A stretch of DNA of 64,000 nucleotides from Octopus sinensis. Lineage: Eukaryota. The position numbers and the translations under genes were made by a program. This document shows positions 39,700 through 51,883 of the stretch, in pieces. Where the stretch lies: positions 58,838,001 through 58,902,000 of the forward strand of contig NC_043009.1 in the NCBI RefSeq assembly GCF_006345805.1, read 5' to 3'. How positions within the stretch are numbered: the stretch's first letter is position 1; each line of letters starts with the position of its first letter. The notes beneath the pieces are model-generated. The model was not told where the DNA came from and made no database searches. It saw only the letters and a program-made list of their open reading frames with translations.

Positions 39700-40300
39700 T
39701 GAATTTGTGTTCATAACACACTCGTTTTATTTGTACAAGGGACTCTGACTCACACAGCGTTTCGACCTTGTTTTATCTCCTCAGTTAGCGATTCCCCACC
39801 AGCTTTATGTATCTAACAAACTTTGAAGTATTGTTTATAACTTTAGCCAACAAAAGCTTTGCTGATCTGTGCAGACATCTCCTAATCGGTAATAAATCAG
39901 CATGTGCACGAAGCGGTTTCTTTGCTATTTGAACAATTCAAAGAAACGTACAAATCCCGGCATGACATCTCATTGACCGTATATAAGTTATTAACAATCG
40001 TGTGAATCATAAACAAAGACGTTTCGGATATGTACCACAGTGAATCATGATACATACGTGACCGTTTTTGATGATTAAGGGTGACATCTGTTACAGCATG
40101 TGTTATTATATAAGAGAATGCTGCAAGTATAGACATCGGCGTGAATGACGAAAATAGGAATAGCTATCATGGGAATATATTTATTGCTTTGTCTCCTCAT
40201 TTTGGGTAAGTAGCTTGAAATAATAACTAATGTTCATTCACTTTGGTATTTAAGATAAACATACAAAGGTGTACGATACAGGCATTCGAAATACGTCTTA
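39700..40300 (-). mobile_element. Possible decayed Penelope-like element 3' region with degenerate hammerhead at 39748-39789
   Basis: Minus strand: RMPVSYT, NIFP, WYISET, NNLYTVNEMSCRDLYV, then gctaa CTGAGGA gat-aaaacaag-gtc GAAacgctgtG tgagt and AATAAA. Confidence 0.4.
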
Positions 40301-40404
40301 AACTATAGGAAGGATCACTGCGTCCACATCACAAACAGGGCAGTTCTACTTCGTAAGATGCTGACCCCGCCTCCCACTCACATACAGTCTTGTTGCTTGA
40401 TTGA

Positions 40405-40638
40405 TACCTATTTCTTTATTACCCACAAGGGGCTAAACACAGAGGGGACAAACAAGGACATACATAGGTATTAAGTCGATTACATCGACCCCAGTGCGTA
40501 ACTGGTACTTAGTTTATCGACCCCGAAAGGTTGAAAGGCAAAGTCGACCTCGGCGGAATTCGAACTCACAACGTAACGCAGACGAAATACCGCTAAGCAT
40601 TTCGCCCGGCGTGCTAACGTTTCTGCCAGCTCGCCGCC
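40405..40638 (-). mobile_element. Near-consensus family M SINE
   Basis: Full head-to-tail match to the 37340 and 58163 copies. Confidence 0.9.
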
Positions 40639-41149
40639 TTCTTGATTGATACCTTGAGGTTGATCACCCTTCATTAGGCCACAATTACAAAACAAAGAGT
40701 TACTCGTGTTGTACATATGAAGTTGGAATAAGCGGTTCCAAATATTGTTATACCAGAAAAACTGTATCAGTCTTAAAGTAGGCTTCATTTCTTTGGACAA
40801 TATCAGTGAAGTGAAGAGGGGAGACTGTCACTACTAAAACGTTCTCCAAGTCTGATCATTCAGATTTTAGATATATGACCATCCTGACATGGGAAACATA
40901 AATATAGCTGGAACTATATTATCCAATGCATTGAAGTTCTAAGATGATAAGCTCTAATCATTAGCAGATCAATACACCATCTTCGATTAAACATTATATA
41001 TGATTCCTGAATTGTCTTTTGAGAACTGTAGTAAAATCTGGAGTCGTTAAATTAGATTTTGCCAATAGTATTTAAAATGAACGATGACCCCTGTTAATAT
41101 CAAATAAAATTGGTCATTAAAGACCCTTCTTTTATATTTTATATATATT

Positions 41150-41631
41150 ATTTGTTTCAGACATTTGACTGCGGCTATGCTGGGGCAACATCTTAATGGG
41201 TGTTTTGTTTTATTAGTCGAACAAATAGACACCAGCATTTCTGTCTTTTTTTTTTTGAAAACCTTAAACCTACTCTATCGGTCGGTTTTGCCGAACTGCT
41301 AGGCTATGGGGACGTAAACATACCGACACCGGTTGTCACGCGGTAGTGGGAGACAAATACATACACTATGACGCAAAGACAAACACACACACACACGCAC
41401 ACACATACACACACGCACACACATATACACACTCGCACGCACGCACACACACACACACAAAGACACACACGCATATGTATATAGATAAGACAGGCTTCTT
41501 TCAGTTTATGTCTACCAAATCCATTCACCAGGAATTTTTCTGCGCGAGACTAATGTGCCACGCAGTGGGACTGAACCCGGAACCTTATTGTTTTGAAGTA
41601 ATCTTCTTACAATACAGTCACGCCTGAGCCT
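41150..41631 (-). mobile_element. Diverged family C SINE
   Basis: Tail, internal (CA)n and head tgccacgcagtgggactgaacccggaacc. Confidence 0.75.
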
Positions 41632-41811
41632 ATGGAAACAAAATATTATTACCAACTACGTCGACGACATTTCACCGCATGTCACATTAACTACAGACAA
41701 GTCATAAGTCCCTGATCACACACAACGCTGAAAACTTAAGACGTTATCAGAAAACACAAAATAGTCAAGTTACATATTCAATGCGTAAATAATATTTCCG
41801 CTAGGCAAGGT

Positions 41812-42637
41812 GACGTGCTGGCAGAAACGTTAGCACGCCGGGCGAAATGCTTAGCGGCATTTCGTCTGCCGTTTCGTAATGAGTTCAAATTCCGCCGAGG
41901 TCGACTTTGCCTTTCATCCTTTCGGGCTCGATTAAATAAGTACCAGTTACACACTGGAGTCGATATATTCGACTTAATCTCTTTGTCTGTCCTTGTTTGT
42001 CTCCTCTGCGTGTAGTCCCTTATGGACAATAAAGAAATAAGAAACGTTCTTACGCCTAGCGAAACACTTTGCGGTATTTTGTCTGCCGTTACGTTCTCTG
42101 TACAAATTCCGCCGAGGTCGATTTTGCCGTTCATCCTTTCGGGGTCGTTTAAATTAAATACCAGTTACGCACTGGGGTCGTTGTAATCAACTTAATCCCC
42201 TTGTCCATGTTTGTCCTCTCTATATTTAGTCCCTTGGGGGCAGTAAATTAATAAGAAACGTTAGCACGCCGCGCGAAATGCTGAGCGGTATTTCGTCTGT
42301 TTTTACATCCTGAGTTCAAATTCCTCCGAGGTCGACTTTGCTTGTCATCCTTTCGGGGTCGATAAATTAAGTACCAGTTACGCACTGGGGTCGATGTAAT
42401 CGACTTAATACCTATGTCTGTCCTTGTTTGTCCCCTCTGTGTTTAGCCCCTTGTGGGTAATAAAGAAATAGGTATTTCGTCGGATTTTACGTCCTGAGCT
42501 CAAATTCCTCCGAGGTCGACTTTGCTTGTCATCTTTTCGGGTTGATAAATTAAGTACCACTTTCGTACTGGGGTCGATCTAATCGACTGCCCCCCTTCCC
42601 CGAAAATTTTGGGCCTTGTGCCTAGAGTAGAAAAGAA
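41812..42637 (+). mobile_element. Head-to-tail array of 4 family M SINE units
   Basis: caaattcc.ccgaggtcga recurs at about 41886, 42103, 42317 and 42501. Confidence 0.88.
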
Positions 42638-42900
42638 TCTTTTCGCCGGGCGCCAAAAAAAAAAATCTACCAAAACAAAAATATAACAGTGAACTTCAAG
42701 AGCCCATTGTCTTATCCTTAGTTCATTACTGACTTCATTCTTTGGACTGCGTTGGAGAATATAGTCGAACAAATCGGTCCCAGGACGTCGTTCTATGCTT
42801 GTCACCATTCAATCACTTACGGGGCTGTAAACAAACCTACACCAGTTATTAATATGTATTAAGTAGGATAAACACAACACAGAACGGAACAAATTATATG

Positions 42901-42989
<89 letters not shown>

Positions 42990-43007
42990 ATATATACATG
43001 CTTCTAT

Positions 43008-43255
43008 TCTCTTATTCTTTTACTTGTTTCAGTCATTTGACTGCGGCCAGCCTGGAGTACACCTTACAGTCTTTGAGTCGAAGAGATCAAGCCCAGAACT
43101 TTATTCTTGTGAACTTACTACTTATTCTATCGGTGTCTTTAGCCGAACCGCTAGCTTACGGGGACATATACTCGCCAGTACTGTTTATCAAGAGATGGTG
43201 GGGTGGCAAACAACGACAGACACGCACAGAGTTACATACACTCGCGCAGACACAC

Positions 43256-43260
<5 letters not shown>
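43008..43260 (-). mobile_element. Family C SINE 3' half
   Basis: cttttacttgtttcagtcatttgactgcggcca...gccgaaccgctag. Confidence 0.7.
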
Positions 43261-43344
<84 letters not shown>

Positions 43345-43345
43345 T

Positions 43346-43410
<65 letters not shown>

Positions 43411-43537
43411 GTAGTTATATATTTTGATTGTTATACAGACAGCGCTGTGAAGTCTTCAGGTAGACAACCCGAGGCGTGAGATATATCTATATCATATTTA
43501 AAACGAGAATTCAGGTAGCTTCAATAACTTAGAATAA

Positions 43538-44292
43538 TATTACAACATATACTCAGCCATAAAACCGGTGTATGCAAATTATTAAAATATATATCTAATG
43601 TTTCACTCATTAACATATTAAAAAATATTTAAAATTTACAGATACATAAATACGTAAAAGACTCCTGATGCCATTGAGGAATATATATGGGGAGGCCCTT
43701 CTCTAAAAACTAATGAACTTATTAATAGCATGAGATGGATTAGCGAAGATTTGCATTTTCTTTATTTAAGTATATTTTTATATATTTACTTGCAGTATCG
43801 CCCGGCGTTGCTCGGGTTTGTAAGGGAAATAACTATATAAGCATTTTTAGAGCATTATAGCCACAAAATAGCAAAAAAATGCATTAAAAATGGAAAAAAA
43901 TTATGGTAATTTTTTTTTTAAATCGTTGACTCATCGTAGACATTTTTAGAGAGTTACTTCCCTTATATAATGGCGAAAAAATGCATTAAAATGGAAAAAA
44001 TGATGGTAATTTTTTTTTAAATCATAGACTCATCGTAGACGCGCGCTAATACCCAGAAGGGCTCGATATGAATCACGACTATAAGATACCCGGTTTTGGG
44101 TAAACTGCACCGTAAAATGTGGGAGTAGTTAGGAATCTAAACCGTAGGAGACAGACACACAACTTGACTTTTATATATAAAGATGAATCTGTAAATTTTT
44201 GATATGTTTTAATATTTGGATGTCTGATGCATTAAATATAATTTAATAATTTGCATACACCGGTTTAATGGTTGTTTATATGTTGTATTATT
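43538..44292. mobile_element. Old inverted-repeat element interrupted by a Helitron
   Basis: acaacatata..ccataaaaccggtgtatgcaaattattaaa (43542-43588) is inverted at about 44240-44290. Confidence 0.65.
43789..44183 (-). mobile_element. Non-autonomous Helitron, sister of 34937-35330
   Basis: Full-length reverse-complement match. The 3' CTAG is mutated to CAAG. Confidence 0.88.
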
Positions 44293-44427
44293 AATTCAGT
44301 TAAGGCGTGTGGTTTAGAGGTTTGGGAACTCCGCTCACAATCATAAAGTCGTGAGTTGGTGCCAAATAAGGAGAGTACAACGGGTGTGGCAGCACTTCCC
44401 AACTATGCGTTTGAATGGCTTCCTTGG

Positions 44428-45035
44428 TCATATTGGCGATATGAGGGCGGGCTTGTCGTGCAGCGGAAGAACTCCATGCTGACGAGTAGGTATTTTCTCT
44501 TGAATAGCCGTGTTGAGTCGTTCCATCTGTTGAACACCGAGTTCCGCGTTGACCCTTTGGTTCCGTTCAACCAATTCGTAATGGATAATCCCTTCCCAGT
44601 CCCACCATACGTTCAACATCGTTTTACGCGGATGAAGATCTTGTTTCACGCGCGGTGTCGCTTGTTTACCGGGGCTAAGCCATTCCTTACGCTGCTTCAT
44701 ATTGATGTACAGGCACCATTTTTCGTCGCCAGTAACGATTCGGTTAAGAAATCGTTGCTTGTGTCCATGGGTTGAGCGGTGACGAGCAAGCAAACCAGCG
44801 GAAATTGTGACTCGTTGATTTTTGTTGTTGTTGTCACTTAAAGCGTGCGGAACCCATGCTGCCATACTTCTGAACCTTTCCCAGTGAGAGAAGATGCTTC
44901 TCTATAGTAATGTGTGAGAATTGCATTTTCTCCCTTGTCGTTTGGCGAGAATTTTCGTGCACGAGTTGGTTTAATCGCCCTTCGTTGAACTCAACTGGAC
45001 GGCCAGAACGAGGTGCGCCCTTGAGGTCAAAATTT
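44428..45035 (-). mobile_element. Mariner (DD34D-type) transposase fragment, frameshifted
   Basis: PRSGRP...WVPHAL...RIVTGDEKW...HPRKTMLNVWWDWEGIIHYEL...LHD. Frameshift near 44865; both ends are missing. Confidence 0.92.
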
Positions 45036-45170
45036 CTATACATCCAATACATATGAATAAATAGACATAATGGAACGTTTACCTGGTGATGTCTGTCTTG
45101 TACCCTCTGCACTTTCTTATTTGCTATATACATATATATATATATATATATATAATATATATATATACAC

Positions 45171-45221
<51 letters not shown>

Positions 45222-45231
45222 TATTATATAT

Positions 45232-45297
<66 letters not shown>

Positions 45298-45306
45298 TAT
45301 ATATAC

Positions 45307-45375
<69 letters not shown>

Positions 45376-45380
45376 AATAC

Positions 45381-45413
<33 letters not shown>

Positions 45414-45414
45414 A

Positions 45415-45570
45415 TCTCTCTCCTTGTTTTTTCTGTGTCCCTATCTGTAGGAGAGCGTAGGCTCGAAACGTAAAAGACTTTTTTCTATTCCTGAGCGTTA
45501 TACTAATACATCTGTTTGTTTTGTAAACCACCAGTCTTCGTCTTTTGTTTTTTTCCGCAAACTCTCCCTA
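45415..45570 (+). mobile_element. Family H4 short repeat with hammerhead-like motif (45441-45476)
   Basis: ctat ctgtagg a gagc-gtag-gctc gaa acgt a aaag. Flanked by (TA)n and (CA)n. Confidence 0.7.
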
Positions 45571-45584
45571 TATATACACACACA

Positions 45585-45660
<76 letters not shown>

Positions 45661-46211
45661 AGGGAATATTATTCCAAACTTACAGAGGTGCAAATGAGGG
45701 TAGCTATATCAAACTCCATTCTTCACCAAGTGCCACATATTAGGGAAATCTCTTAGTAATAACAGTGTAGCGCAAAACGGCGGTGCATCAGCATTGCCAG
45801 AGCTCTGAGCTGAAACTAGAAAAAAAAAATTATATATATATATATATATACGGAAAGGGCGCTGACAACTTCCTGGCTTTGGCTAAAAGATAATATAAGA
45901 GTCAGTTATTTGTGATGTTATTCAGATTCACACTCTCATTACAGCAGTCCAGTTTGTTAAGCCTGTAAAAGAACTCGGAACGTAGAGCTTCCAACCTGTG
46001 CCTTTGGAGACGTTATTAATGCCAGGATATTTTCAACGTATTGCGTGTTAAGACACATATTCCGTAAGGCGGGTATTAATGGTATATTTTCCTGTGTTTA
46101 GGCGCTTCGGGAAAAAGGGAAGTGTGCGAAAGAATGGGTGCCCGCAAGTGTTCAAAATATGTAGCTGGTAACAATCTGACACTTTTGGAATCTTGCAGGT
46201 AAGTACAATCT

Positions 46212-46244
<33 letters not shown>

Positions 46245-46384
46245 CTCCACTATAACACTACCGCCACCACTAGTGATACTCCCACTACCACCACCCTTAC
46301 TACCATATTCCACTTGCATTACTTCCACCAATGTTTCTATCACTAAAGTAATTACTACTACTACCGCTACTACTACTACTACAT

Positions 46385-46427
<43 letters not shown>

Positions 46428-46600
46428 CCATCTACCTCCACTAAATCACTGCCACAGCCGAAAATTACGCCATAGCTACCACCACCGCCGTTACTACTAC
46501 AGTACCACTTTCCCCATTTCTATCACTACCACCACTACAACTGCCACCACTACCGCCTATACGTATTCTATTACTATTACCACCACTACCACCAGCACTC
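46212..46600. repeat. (ACT)n/(ACC)n compound microsatellite
   Basis: Directly visible. Confidence 0.92.
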
Positions 46601-46850
46601 CTGATGGTATCGTTATTTAGTGGACTTCATACGTCAGTTCACTTTATGGGTCATTTTTATTTCATAAGGCGCACTCGATGCATAATCTCGAGTACAGTCT
46701 AAGAGATGGATTCAAATATATAAACCTTACCACTCTCGGATTTTCCGAAGAGAGGAGTGAATATTTTCCATGATGTACTTCATTAGCCATCAATTGATGT
46801 ACCTTTAACCGTTTTCTCTTTTCAGCCATGCGATGGCTTTTACGTGAAAA

Positions 46851-46920
<70 letters not shown>

Positions 46921-46921
<1 letters not shown>

Positions 46922-47276
46922 GGCACCTTGGGCAAGTGTCTTCTGCTATAGCCCCGGGCCGACCAATGCCTTGTGAGTGGCCTTGGAAGACAGAAACTGA
47001 AAGAAGCCCGTCGTATATTTGTATATATATATATGTGTGTGCGTGTATGTTTGTGTGTCTGTGTTTGTCCCCCTAGCATTGCTTGACAATCGATGCTGGT
47101 GTGTTTACATCCCCGTTACTTAGCGGTTCGGCAAAAGAGACCGATAGAATAAGTACTGGGCTTACAAAAGAATAAGTCCGGGGTCGAGTTGCTCGACTAA
47201 AGGCGGTGCTCCAGCATGGCCGCAGTCAAATGACTGAAACAAGTAAAAGAGTAAAAGAGTATATATACATATATAT

Positions 47277-47335
<59 letters not shown>

Positions 47336-47673
47336 GGCACCTTGGGCAAGTGTCTTCTGCTATAGCCCCGGCCGACCAATGCCTTGTGAGTGGCCTTGGA
47401 AGACAGAAACTGAAAGAAGCCCGTCGTATATTTGTATATATATATATGTGTGTGCGTGTATGTTGTGTGTCTGTGTTTGTCCCCCTAGCATTGCTTGACA
47501 ATCGATGCTGGTGTGTTTACATCCCCGTTACTTAGCGGTTCGGCAAAAGAGACCGATAGAATAAGTACTGGGCTTACAAAAGAATAAGTCCCGGGGTCGA
47601 GTTGCTCGACTAAAGGCGGTGCTCCAGCATGGCCGCAGTCAAATGACTGAAACAAGTAAAAGAGTAAAAGAGT
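46921..47673 (+). mobile_element. Tandem pair of identically 5'-truncated family C SINEs
   Basis: Units 46921-47260 and 47335-47673 both begin (TA)n-aatggcaccttggg and share private variants. Confidence 0.9.
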
Positions 47674-49207
47674 ATATATACATATATATATATATATATT
47701 ATATATATATATATATATTATATATATGCATATATAGTAAAAGCGAACATTCTTGGGATAAGAATTTATATATTATATTAATGCATTAATGTAATGCTAC
47801 ATGTGTTTCTACATAACACATGTTTGTTTGTCACTTTATTATCACATGGTGTATTATCAAATAATGTTTAATAATATATTATATTTCTAAAAATAGGTGT
47901 TACAAGCTATTCGATTAACAAACGGGTATGCATCTGAGTAAAATAAATTAGATAAATATAGATATTTAAAAATACGTTGACATATAGTCCCCGATATGTA
48001 GCTGGCGCCATCGCATGTCAATGATTATCGTAGCACCCGACCTCTCTAGGGGTCTCATTATAGATTCTTACTCAAATCCAATTTGCCTATAATTCAACTA
48101 GATGTTCGAAAGAAAGAAATAACAATATCGGATTTAACGTGGAAAATTATTTCAATATACCAAATTTGAAAATGTTTTAGGTAACTTAAAAATTTTACAA
48201 TCTGACAGCAACAAGGAAGGCCCTAGAAAAGTAGAGAGACAGATATTTATAGGACGTGACACGCATATACACACACACACGCACACACACACACATACAC
48301 ATACACACATTTATGTATGTATGTGTCTGCGTGTCTCTGTGTGAGAATTTCTTTGCAATGGACTGCAGAAAATCCACCTAATCAGTCTCTGCTTAAAGCT
48401 ACATATATCCTACACTGACATTTCATTCTCTGTGTGTTTGTGTGTGCGTGTGTGTGTATTGCATCTATGTATTTAAGAATCTATGTAGGCAGCGTCGCGT
48501 GTATATGGCAGCTGTATAAATTTACCATCCCATTTCACCGACGTTCTCGCCTTCACTGATATAAACCACTCTCACTCTGCTGCTAAATTTCTGTCAGGCT
48601 AATACTTTGTTACACCCTTTCACTTTATCATATAATTCCTCCAAAGCCAATTGGAGGCATATTATACATCTTTTATTGACATCCAGTTAGCCTATTATGG
48701 AACTGAATGTTAGTGTAACAAGTGGGCTAAGTCTCGTGAATATTGGTTCACTGGTTTAGGAAGTAATGAGTTAAAAGTCAGACAGACAAAAAACATTTAT
48801 ATAAAAGATATATATCTTATATATCAATGTCCTTATATAAATGATAGTATATATATATATGAATGTATGTATATGATATATATATGATATATGGGCATAT
48901 ACAATATATATATTATATATATATGTAAGTATGTATGTATGTATATAAGTATAGCTGTATAGATGTAGTATGTACATATTCGTATGTCTATATGCATATA
49001 TATATATATTATATTATATACTAAGTAATTAAGGGTTTAGCAACGATTTGCCTCACCACACACCGAATTTAGAAATAGCAGTCAAAGTGTTATAGCTATT
49101 CTTTCTACTAAAAGGGAGATCTCAGTAAAACCACAGCACTTGAAAGGCAAAAACAAACAGGCAAGAGAGAAAGAAATGACAGCAATCTATCATACAATTT
49201 TAAGTCA

Positions 49208-49298
49208 CCTACGGACGTCCGTTTCGAGATTAAGTTTTAGGAAAGCATAAGAATTAGATAATTATGTCTTACCCAACTTCTTCTCTCATCAGCGTAGG
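49208..49298 (-). ncRNA. Type I hammerhead ribozyme with canonical core
   Basis: Minus strand: cctacg CTGATGA gaga-[52-nt irregular hairpin]-tctc GAA ac-ggac-gt C cgtagg. Perfect 6-bp stem I; predicted cleavage between 49214 and 49213. Confidence 0.88.
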
Positions 49299-49329
49299 AC
49301 ACTACAATTATGAATAACTGTATATTAAA

Positions 49330-49710
49330 CTAGCAGTATCGCCCGGCGTTGCTCGGGTTTGTAAGGGAAATAACTATAAAGCATTTTTAGAGAGTTATAG
49401 CCAAAATATAGAAAAAAATGGAAAAAATTATGGTAAATTTTTTTTGAGAGTTAAAACGGTCGAGTTGCATCCCCTAGACAGTCTGTGGTTTGTGTTTCTG
49501 ATTCTCGACCCCATGTTGAATTTATCGATTTCTTTCAGAACTGGGGGAACTTTTCAAAATCTTCGCTGCGTTAGTTTTGAATTATGACATTGGGCTATGT
49601 GTATGTTAAGTTTCATCAGAATCGGTTGAAAGCCATGGTCAGGGTGAGGGTACAACCTGACAGACACACAGACACACACACAGACAAACTGCCGTTTATA
49701 TATAGAGAGA
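49330..49710 (-). mobile_element. Non-autonomous Helitron (381 bp)
   Basis: Minus strand A|TC...CTAG|T. The 3' about 115 bp is shared with the 34937 family, while the internal and 5' region differ. Confidence 0.85.
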
Positions 49711-50864
49711 TTTCGAGATACTAGAAGGCATCATCTCAACTCAGTATCAGAGCGAGCTAAAACCGTTACCAGTATCACTAAATTCAAAGTGTGAATGAAA
49801 GTTCGTGTCAGCAACCCCTTCCCACCCGCGTATAGCCAAGACAAGATGTTGCGGTCATTTACTGGGATGAAATATGGTTATCAGTAATAAAATAGGGTAA
49901 AACTAATTAATTTGGAATAATCAATTAATTTCACCAAGTAGATTTCGGCATGTAAAAGCCTCGTTCGAGGAAAGTTTAAGTAATACTAAGTAATTAAGGG
50001 TTTAGCAACGATTTGCCTCACCACTTTCAAGTGCTGTGGTTTTACTGAGATCTCCCTTTTAGTAGAAAGAATAGCTATAACTCTTTGACCGCTATTTCTA
50101 AATTCGGTGTGTGGTGAGGCAAATCGTTGCTAAACCCTTAATTACTTAGTATTACTTAAACTTTCCTCGAACGAGGCTTTTACATGCCGAAATCTACTTG
50201 GTGAAATTAATTGATTATTCCAAATTAATTAGTTTTACCCTATTTTATTACTTATAACCATATTATATTATATATATATTATATATATTAATATTATATA
50301 TATTATATATGAATTATAAATATATATGTATATAAGTTATTTATATATATATATGTATGTATGTATAAATATGTATATATGTGGTGTGTGTGTGTGACAC
50401 AAATTTTTACAATTATTGCAAAATGAAATCTTCCGAGTCGCCATTTGTTTTCTAGAATCACGGATGTATATATACATTGTTTAAAACGGAAAAAAAGTCT
50501 CCCTTCAAGATACTGTTATGAATACTTCAAGCACAAGTATATTTGGTTAAGATGTTCAGGTGAGTTAATTACGATACCCTTACTCTTACTGCTGTATCTT
50601 TTAAACTTACTTATAAGAGTACTTACTTGCATTCAATTGAGTAGTAATTTCATACCTAAACGGCCAGTCTCATGTTCTCTGTACTGAAAGATAACATCTC
50701 CCGTACAACAGACACGTAATTAAAATCACACAGTATACGCTCGCAGTACGGAGACAAGCTAACCTGCCGGGGACCGAGAGAAAAAAAGATCATATAATAT
50801 CCATAGCCTTAGGTGTTCCCGCTTGGGAATTTACTAGGAAAATGCAATAACAATTGGTTCCGAT

Positions 50865-51424
50865 GTTTGTTCCTTCTCGAGCCACGCCTGACTCATAGGG
50901 CCGGTTTCCCGGTTTCCTTGGCGTATAGGTTCCCCTCCTGGACAGGACGCCAGTCCGTCGTAGGTGACCTGTAAAATGCAGGACGAAAGAGTGAGAGAAA
51001 GTTGTGGCGAAGGTGTCAGCAGAAGTTCGCCAATACCTTCTGTCGGACCTGCGCGGAGCTTAGGTGTTTCGCTCATAAACACACATATCGCATAATCTGA
51101 GATTCGAACCCGTAATCCCTCGTCCGCGAGTCCGCTGCGCTAACCACTAGGCCACATGCATCCACTAAAATAATAAATGCGCCCTTTTAAAGCCTAGCCA
51201 TTCTCACGGGCTGGTTTGCTGGTTTCTATGGCGTATGTGTTCCCCAGCTGGACGGGATGCCAGTCCATCGCAGCGTTACTCAGTTTTGTCAGCTGAGTAG
51301 ACTGGAGCAACATGAAATGAAGTGTTTTGCTCAAGAACACAACGCGTCGCCCGGTCCAGGAATCGAAATCCCAATCTTACGATCATGTGGCTGACGCCCT
51401 AACCCCTAAGCCACGCGTCTCCAC
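50865..51424 (-). mobile_element. Two adjacent SINEs: head B+T1 (51424-51172) followed by head A variant+T3 (51165-50865)
   Basis: Match the 24092 and 28555 copies respectively. Confidence 0.85.
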
Positions 51425-51623
51425 AAATGGTTTCCATAGGAAACTATGAAGAAATATCTGAAAACTATACCTCGATGAAACCCTCACGAATAGTGGCGGA
51501 GAAAATGGATGGATTATGTTGCTTTAAGTTGAAAATATCAGTTCAAAATTTTTTTTAGGGAATACATATATATATATATACATACATACTTATATATATA
51601 TGTGTATATATATATATATATAT

Positions 51624-51883
51624 AATACGGTGTACATTTAAACATATAAACATTCGTGGGATTCAACACGCTGGAAAGAACAGGTAGGTTCTATAACCAC
51701 AAAATTAGAGATTGAATTCAACAGGAATTTTGAATCGTGTTGAATCCCACGAGTGGATTCCTCGTGTGTTTAAATGTACACAGTATTTTATGGCTAATAC
51801 ATGGTCTTTTGGATTAAATTTTTACACCTTAGGCCACTGGAAATGAAATTTTAAAATAATTTTCCATTTCCCTTTGATATGAT

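Larger units (their letters stand above)
49019..50264 (-). mobile_element. Hammerhead retro-element (family H5) with direct plus inverted repeats, interrupted by a Helitron
   Basis: Direct repeat at 49021-49059 and 49986-50024. 154-bp inverted arms at 49871-50024 and 50111-50264. 50025-50150 is the reverse complement of 49021-49145. Flanked by (TA)n. Confidence 0.85.

Noticed and set aside
41812-42637. Regularly spaced repeats resembling a CRISPR array
   Set aside because: The units are about 200-bp SINE copies without unique spacers, the context is eukaryotic, and no cas genes are present.
43706-43760. Decayed hammerhead-like ctaatga...attagcgaag inside the 43538-44292 inverted repeat
   Set aside because: Core positions G5 and A15.1 are altered and the stems are weak.
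45850-46030. Possible mariner terminal inverted repeat remnant (gggcgctgacaacttcctggcttt)
   Set aside because: No partner TIR was found and its orientation does not link it to the 44428 transposase fragment.
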